From: Patescibacteria group bacterium
Lineage (GTDB): Bacteria; Patescibacteriota; Patescibacteriia; CAIXNZ01
DNA length: 64,000 bases
Assembly (NCBI GenBank): GCA_041651155.1
Contig: JBAZJU010000007.1
Span: 15,693 to 79,692 of the forward strand
Direction of reading: 5' to 3'
Shown here: one piece after another, positions 59,475 through 64,000 of the stretch
Numbering within the stretch: the first letter of the stretch is position 1
Layout of the letters: each line of letters opens with the position of its first letter
Program-made: the position numbers and the translations under genes
Notes under the pieces: model-generated
What the model was told of the DNA's origin: nothing
Databases searched by the model: none
What the model saw: only the letters and a program-made list of their open reading frames with translations

Positions 59475-60590
59475 TCACAAATCAGGTTGAAGTAATCTTC
59501 TGCCCGATTGCGAACAAATTTCGTTAAGAATTGTAGTTAAAGGAAGAATGGCTGTTAGAGCCCGGCCAAAAACATCCAGCTGATCAAAGATCGCGAAAGC
59601 GATTTTGTCAGCAAGAATCTGGGCCTGCATTGATAGCTCTATTTTTCCCTTTATCTTTTCATCTGCCTGTTTGATGATCTGCCAGATTATTGCCGGCTTA
59701 CTCTCGCTAAAGCTTTTGGCCAACATTTGAAAAGCGGCTTGTTCCCAGCTGCTTTCAGCATCCGATGCCAGATTGCTCGCATAAAAAAGCTCTTTATCCT
59801 CAAAAAGTTTAGGGATTGCCTGAGCAGCAATATTTTTGTCAAAATCGCGCTCTTTCCCGAGGATTGCGATGCCGTTGACACGTCCCATTAAGCTTTCTGT
59901 TCCCCACCAGGCATAGCTGATTTGATCCAAAACCAGCGTGCCGATTTTAGACAGTTCTTTTTTTCGTCGGTTTTGATTAACCAGCTTGCTCAGAACTTTT
60001 TGCACTAGGCTTAGAGTGAAATATAATCTCTCGCCTTTCCATCCAAGTCCTGGCTCGCCACGCACAAAGGCCTTGATTGCCTGGGAAAGCTGGCTTTCAT
60101 AAGTTGGATCAGGCAATAGTTGGTCAGTCAAATCAGAAAACTGATCTTTCCACAGAATAACTTCAGCGATTTCATCGTAGAAGTCGTTTTCAAAGGCCGT
60201 AAGGGTGCGCCAGTGCTGATCAAGCCAGTTTATGGCTTGAAAAAGACCGAGTGTCGTGCCTAGAATAAAAGCTGGATTTGCTTGAAGGAGATCCGTGTCT
60301 TCCTTAAACAAGTTTAAGCTAAATGGTTCGCAGATAACTTGCAGCCATTTTTCAGCCGAACCAGGCCTATAAGCCACAGCCGCGACAACTATTTTAGCGA
60401 TGTCCTGCCAGCTCTTTGTCTGCAAACAGAGACCCTTAAGGGAAGCTCTGGTTAAGCTAAAAGGATCTATAAACCCTTCTTTTTTTTCAGTTCGGGATAG
60501 GTGAGTGAAGGCCTCCAGTAAAGATTCACTGATGCTTTCACCAAAAAGTGTTTTACCTGCTGATTTAACTTCCTGTTCAATCTTAATCAT
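59475..60590 (-). CDS. Hypothetical helical protein (start at MIKIEQ)
   Basis: SD AAGGAG; paralog of 58580-59332. Confidence 0.7.
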   Translation of the reverse strand: MIKIEQEVKSAGKTLFGESISESLLEAFTHLSRTEKKEGFIDPFSLTRASLKGLCLQTKSWQDIAKIVVAAVAYRPGSAEKWLQVICEPFSLNLFKEDTDLLQANPAFILGTTLGLFQAINWLDQHWRTLTAFENDFYDEIAEVILWKDQFSDLTDQLLPDPTYESQLSQAIKAFVRGEPGLGWKGERLYFTLSLVQKVLSKLVNQNRRKKELSKIGTLVLDQISYAWWGTESLMGRVNGIAILGKERDFDKNIAAQAIPKLFEDKELFYASNLASDAESSWEQAAFQMLAKSFSESKPAIIWQIIKQADEKIKGKIELSMQAQILADKIAFAIFDQLDVFGRALTAILPLTTILNEICSQSGRRLLQPDL

Positions 60591-60758
60591 TGCGTTTCTC
60601 CTTTTCATTTGTTTGACCTAGTTTTTTCCAAAACTATTGTGTTCTCACGCTTTGGCCAATTTGTTTTTGGGAACCCGAATTAATTTTAAAGGAGCTTTAT
60701 CTCTTTCTTAGAGACAGAACGCTCTCGCGTAACTACACTTTAACAAATAATTTAAAAA

Positions 60759-60800
60759 TGTCAATTAAAAAAAGAGGCAATCGTTTGATTGCCCCTTGAG
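60759..60800 (-). repeat. Terminator-promoter junction repeat, copy 3
   Basis: CTCAAGGGGCAATCAAACGATTGCCTC, T run, then TTGACA. Confidence 0.8.
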
Positions 60801-60803
60801 TTA

Positions 60804-61361
60804 TTATTCCCATTTAATATCAAGGATAGTTTTTGGCGCGCCTGCCCATTGTTTGGCCAGGATTTCAATTTTTGGGCGTTTTCCATTGTTTTGTTCAATA
60901 ATGTATTCAAACCACCCAATCAGCTGATAATTAAAAGCTTCAATCCCTTCAGCAGTTTTTTTCTTGGCAATTGAGCTGGTTTTAATGTGCCGGTCATCAA
61001 TTTTTTCAATTTCAGCGTCAAATAAGTTAAAATTGAAAAGTATTGTACGGATACCCAGCATATTGGAAATACCGCTGATTGGGTTGCCTGCTTCAACAAT
61101 CATCTTATAGATGTGGAAAATTTGAGTGGCGCTTTGTTTAGCCCAGATTCTCACAGCTTTAAAATTTTTTTTGGCAATCAGATTAAAGGCTGCCAAACCG
61201 CACCTTTCAAATGTTCCGAACGGATACCATAAATTTAAAATTCTGCCACGGATCACATCCCAATCTTCATTTTTAAGGTACTTGTTCCAGTCTAAAGACG
61301 GACTGGCTTTAATAAGCTCTTGATAAGGTAAAAGCATAACGCCTTTGACTTTTTCTTCCAT
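60804..61361 (-). CDS. Hypothetical protein, possibly DUF2378/V4R-like ligand-binding fold (start at MEEKVK)
   Basis: VKG...WYP...GWFE...W pattern; SD AAGGAGG. Confidence 0.55.
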   Translation of the reverse strand: MEEKVKGVMLLPYQELIKASPSLDWNKYLKNEDWDVIRGRILNLWYPFGTFERCGLAAFNLIAKKNFKAVRIWAKQSATQIFHIYKMIVEAGNPISGISNMLGIRTILFNFNLFDAEIEKIDDRHIKTSSIAKKKTAEGIEAFNYQLIGWFEYIIEQNNGKRPKIEILAKQWAGAPKTILDIKWE

Positions 61362-61513
61362 TTTACTGCCTCCTTTCAAAGGAAATTTACGTATCTCTAA
61401 CTTAACATATAATTGGCAAAAGTCAAGGGGTTTGATACAATGCGAATATATTAATGCAAATGAAACGAATTAGAATAAGCCTTAAAAATATTCGTAGCAT
61501 TCACATTAATTCG

Positions 61514-61543
61514 CCCGCCCGCCGAAGCTTTAGCGAAGACGGG
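61514..61543. repeat. REP-like element nested in an AT-rich palindromic element
   Basis: CCCGCCCGCCGAAGCTTTAGCGAAGACGGG; reverse complement of 55070-55101. Confidence 0.7.
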
Positions 61544-61558
61544 TAGATTCGCATTTTT

Positions 61559-63025
61559 ATGTCACTTTGGCACAAACGTTTAATTATTTTTTTAAGTAAA
61601 ATTTTCGGGGTAATCCTTTTAATTATTGCCATTGCCCTGTTTTTTTATTATTATTTATATTTTAAAAAAGACAATCTGATCAAATATGTGCCGGCAAATG
61701 CCATTTTATATTCAACTTTTAAGCTAAACAATAAATTAAACGAAAATCTGCTTTTACGCCGGGACTTTGAATTATTAAAACAAGACTTTAATCTGCCAAA
61801 CTTAGATTATAAAGACTTAAACTATATGGCAGGTTACAATATGTCCGTAGCAATAATCCCAGAAGTTATTAATAATGAAATAAATTATTCTTATCTGCTG
61901 ATTATAGATTTTGACGGCAATGCTAATAAAGCTCGAGATTTAGCTCAGTCTTTTACTGAAAATAATTGGCAGGCGATTGTCTCAAATAATCAAGTAGTAA
62001 ATAAAAATATTTTTTTGGCCAGCAATTCAGCAAAAACAATGCAAACAGTTAAAAAAATCATCAGCAAAAATCAGTTGTCATTAGCGCAAAATATAAACGT
62101 GCAATTAAACCTGAATAAATTTAGCCTTGATTATCAGGGAAAAATCTATTTTGATTTTTCATATCTGGCAGATAATCTGAATAATATCAAAGATATAAAA
62201 ACAAAACTCTTAATCGCTTCCTTAAAGGCTGATAATCTAGATAATATCTATCTGGGGCTGAAAATTAAAGAGAATAAAATATTTTTACAACCGCTTGGCT
62301 TTAAAAATGAAAATCAAACAAGTCAGCCCTTAATGCAAAAAATTCCAAAAAACACCGGTCTTATTTTTAATTTTAATAATGGCCAAAAGCAATTTCAAAA
62401 AATTTACATGCTCTTATTTCAAACAGAGCAAAATTATTTCAACCAGCTGAAGAAAAATAAGGAATATCTAGAAGCCTTATATGGGTTTAACCTTAATAAT
62501 GATATTCTCGCCTTGTTTTCCAATCATGCTGAAATTATTGCTGATAATGACAATCATTATATTCTGGCAATTAACCTTGAATCAGATTTAAATATAACTG
62601 AAAAAGTTAATAAACTAGAAAATATTATTAAACAATATGTGGCGCAACAAAATCCTATTAATAAAGTAAAAACCTTGCCAGACAAGACTCAAATTATCCA
62701 GATCACTAAACAACCACAAAATTACAATTTCCAAACTGAGGAAATAAATAATGTTCCTATCCATTATTTAATTGATTCTCACGAATATGCATATTTTATC
62801 CAAAATAATACATTATTCTTGGCCAATTCTAAAGAAAAATTAGAAAAACTAGCCAATTCTGAAGATCTAATTGATTATAATGCTTTTAATAATTGCCAAA
62901 ATAACCCGGAATTATACATAAAAAATGAGCTTATGGCGTCTTATTGGCCAAATTTAGCCAAATATATAGCATCCATCTCATTTTTAAGCACTGAAAATGG
63001 TGAATTTTCGCTATGCTTAGAGTAA
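61559..63025 (+). CDS. Membrane-anchored hypothetical protein (DUF3352-like)
   Basis: N-terminal TM followed by L.KYVPAN; Asn-rich extracellular domain. Confidence 0.6.
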   Translation: MSLWHKRLIIFLSKIFGVILLIIAIALFFYYYLYFKKDNLIKYVPANAILYSTFKLNNKLNENLLLRRDFELLKQDFNLPNLDYKDLNYMAGYNMSVAIIPEVINNEINYSYLLIIDFDGNANKARDLAQSFTENNWQAIVSNNQVVNKNIFLASNSAKTMQTVKKIISKNQLSLAQNINVQLNLNKFSLDYQGKIYFDFSYLADNLNNIKDIKTKLLIASLKADNLDNIYLGLKIKENKIFLQPLGFKNENQTSQPLMQKIPKNTGLIFNFNNGQKQFQKIYMLLFQTEQNYFNQLKKNKEYLEALYGFNLNNDILALFSNHAEIIADNDNHYILAINLESDLNITEKVNKLENIIKQYVAQQNPINKVKTLPDKTQIIQITKQPQNYNFQTEEINNVPIHYLIDSHEYAYFIQNNTLFLANSKEKLEKLANSEDLIDYNAFNNCQNNPELYIKNELMASYWPNLAKYIASISFLSTENGEFSLCLE

Positions 63026-63177
63026 AAATTCAATTTTGTGGACAACCTGGGGAAAAGATTTAAAATTAGCCAAATTATATAAAATTTAATAAACTGAAAT
63101 TCCTTTATCAAAATTTATAAATTATCATTATTTTAGCTAATTCTAGATAAAATTTAATAGTTATTAACATCCAAAAC

Positions 63178-63206
63178 TTGACAAAATGTCTCAAGATTGC
63201 TATAAT
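63178..63206 (+). promoter_or_regulatory. Consensus sigma70 promoter
   Basis: TTGACA-17-TATAAT with an extended TG. Confidence 0.85.
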
Positions 63207-63212
63207 GACAAT

Positions 63213-63546
63213 ATAATAATAGTTCTTTCACATAACCAGAGAAATTGAGCGAAAACAGCAATTTTGGCTAAATTTCCCTGCCTTTCACTGCCTTATTCAG
63301 GATTCACTTGGGAGAATCCCAAAAATAAAAATAAAACTCTTATCCTTTCTTATATTTTTATAAACTACGGCTTAGTTTTAAGCCAAAGGACGGTGAAAGG
63401 TCGCACTTTCACATAGTTCCAAGGGAAGTCAAACCGACTTCATCAAACTTTTAACGGCTCGCGTAAGGCGGGCGCTAAACTAATGAAGTCGAGGCCTCGT
63501 CAGGTCATAAAATAATTTTATATGGACCGAAGCACGAGGCCTTTTC
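63213..63546 (+). ncRNA. Unassigned ~330-nt structured RNA (stand-alone or long leader)
   Basis: Perfect promoter; helices 63281-63294/63386-63400, 63435-63443/63483-63491, 63492-63500/63534-63542; T tail; no ORF in the track. Confidence 0.6.
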
Positions 63547-63768
63547 ATTTTGCCAAAATTTTACCAAATACTTGCTTTTTTCAATAATCTTGTTTATACT
63601 ATTTATTACTGTTTGATTTTGATATAATATTAATAAGGTTACTAATTCACTAATTCTTTACTAATCTACTAATTTTTCTATCTTTTATCTATTAGCAGAT
63701 TAGCATCCATAAGGAACAAATTTCAAATTAAACCAATTTTAATAAAGTTAAGCGTGAAAATTAAACAT

Positions 63769-64000
63769 ATGAAAGCAGACATATTAGAAAAAATTAAAAA
63801 AGACCTTATTCTTCGCAAAGAACAAATTGAAAAAGAATTAGCCAGTTTTACAAAAAAAGACGAATTTGTTAAAGACAATTATCGTTCTGGATTTCCTGAT
63901 TATGGCGATAAAGAAGATGAAAATGCCGAGGAAGTCGCTCAATATACAGATAACCTTTCTATTGAATATTCATTAGAAAAAACTTTACGCGATATTAATA
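63769..64000 (+). CDS. DksA/TraR-family protein, 5' part only (runs off the window)
   Basis: MKADILEKIKKDL...GDKEDENAEEV...LEKTLRDIN, a coiled-coil tip typical of this family; zinc finger not visible. Confidence 0.7.
   Translation, partial: MKADILEKIKKDLILRKEQIEKELASFTKKDEFVKDNYRSGFPDYGDKEDENAEEVAQYTDNLSIEYSLEKTLRDIN

Noticed and set aside
2820-61323. Numerous short antisense or nested ORFs in the track (e.g. 32953-33540, 44246-44710, 55470-55898, 50502-50708, 53907-54125)
   Set aside because: They overlap well-supported genes or promoters, lack RBS and motifs, and read as shadow ORFs
14546-61379. Longest-ORF starts for gmd, radical SAM, AAA_28, cold-shock, trmB, rpsO and the 58-61 kb genes
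   Set aside because: The extensions run through promoters, leaders or upstream genes; downstream ATGs fit family N-termini or SD sites better
1-64000. Alternative genetic code (UGA=Gly as in Gracilibacteria/Absconditabacteria)
   Set aside because: Long genes are intact under code 11 and several end at TGA

Overview
AT-rich bacterial chromosomal segment. Gene style (few Shine-Dalgarno sites on core genes, a TrmB-family regulator, rpsO-NYN-pnp order, dockerin and LamG surface proteins) suggests Patescibacteria/CPR, Parcubacteria-like; this is an inference. From left to right: a ~21 kb minus-strand surface-glycosylation cluster (GT-C-like membrane proteins, asnB, methyltransferases, GT2/GT4, gmd/fcl, B12 radical SAM, flippase); a sensor kinase/response regulator pair split by a GNAT + RaSEA-like radical SAM fusion gene; purN and a single-ORF purL-purM fusion; several self-contained orphan genes; an ECF-sigma/MacAB-like ABC operon; tRNA-His and tRNA-Arg; an XerC/D-like recombinase; an array of small membrane proteins; pgeF; rpsO-NYN-pnp; an orphan trio containing a paralog pair; and a partial dksA/traR. 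The least explained signals are non-coding: (i) two stand-alone structured RNAs of about 280 and 330 nt with their own promoters and terminators that I cannot assign to a known family; (ii) orphan genes packaged as promoter/boxA-like/SD/terminator cassettes delimited by directly repeated terminator-promoter junctions; (iii) a direct plus inverted repeat set built on copies of the tRNA-Arg 5' end next to the tyrosine recombinase; (iv) a family of AT-rich 7-9-nt periodic palindromic elements, one apparently translated in frame inside a gene. All calls come from reading the sequence only; no searches or folding programs were run.
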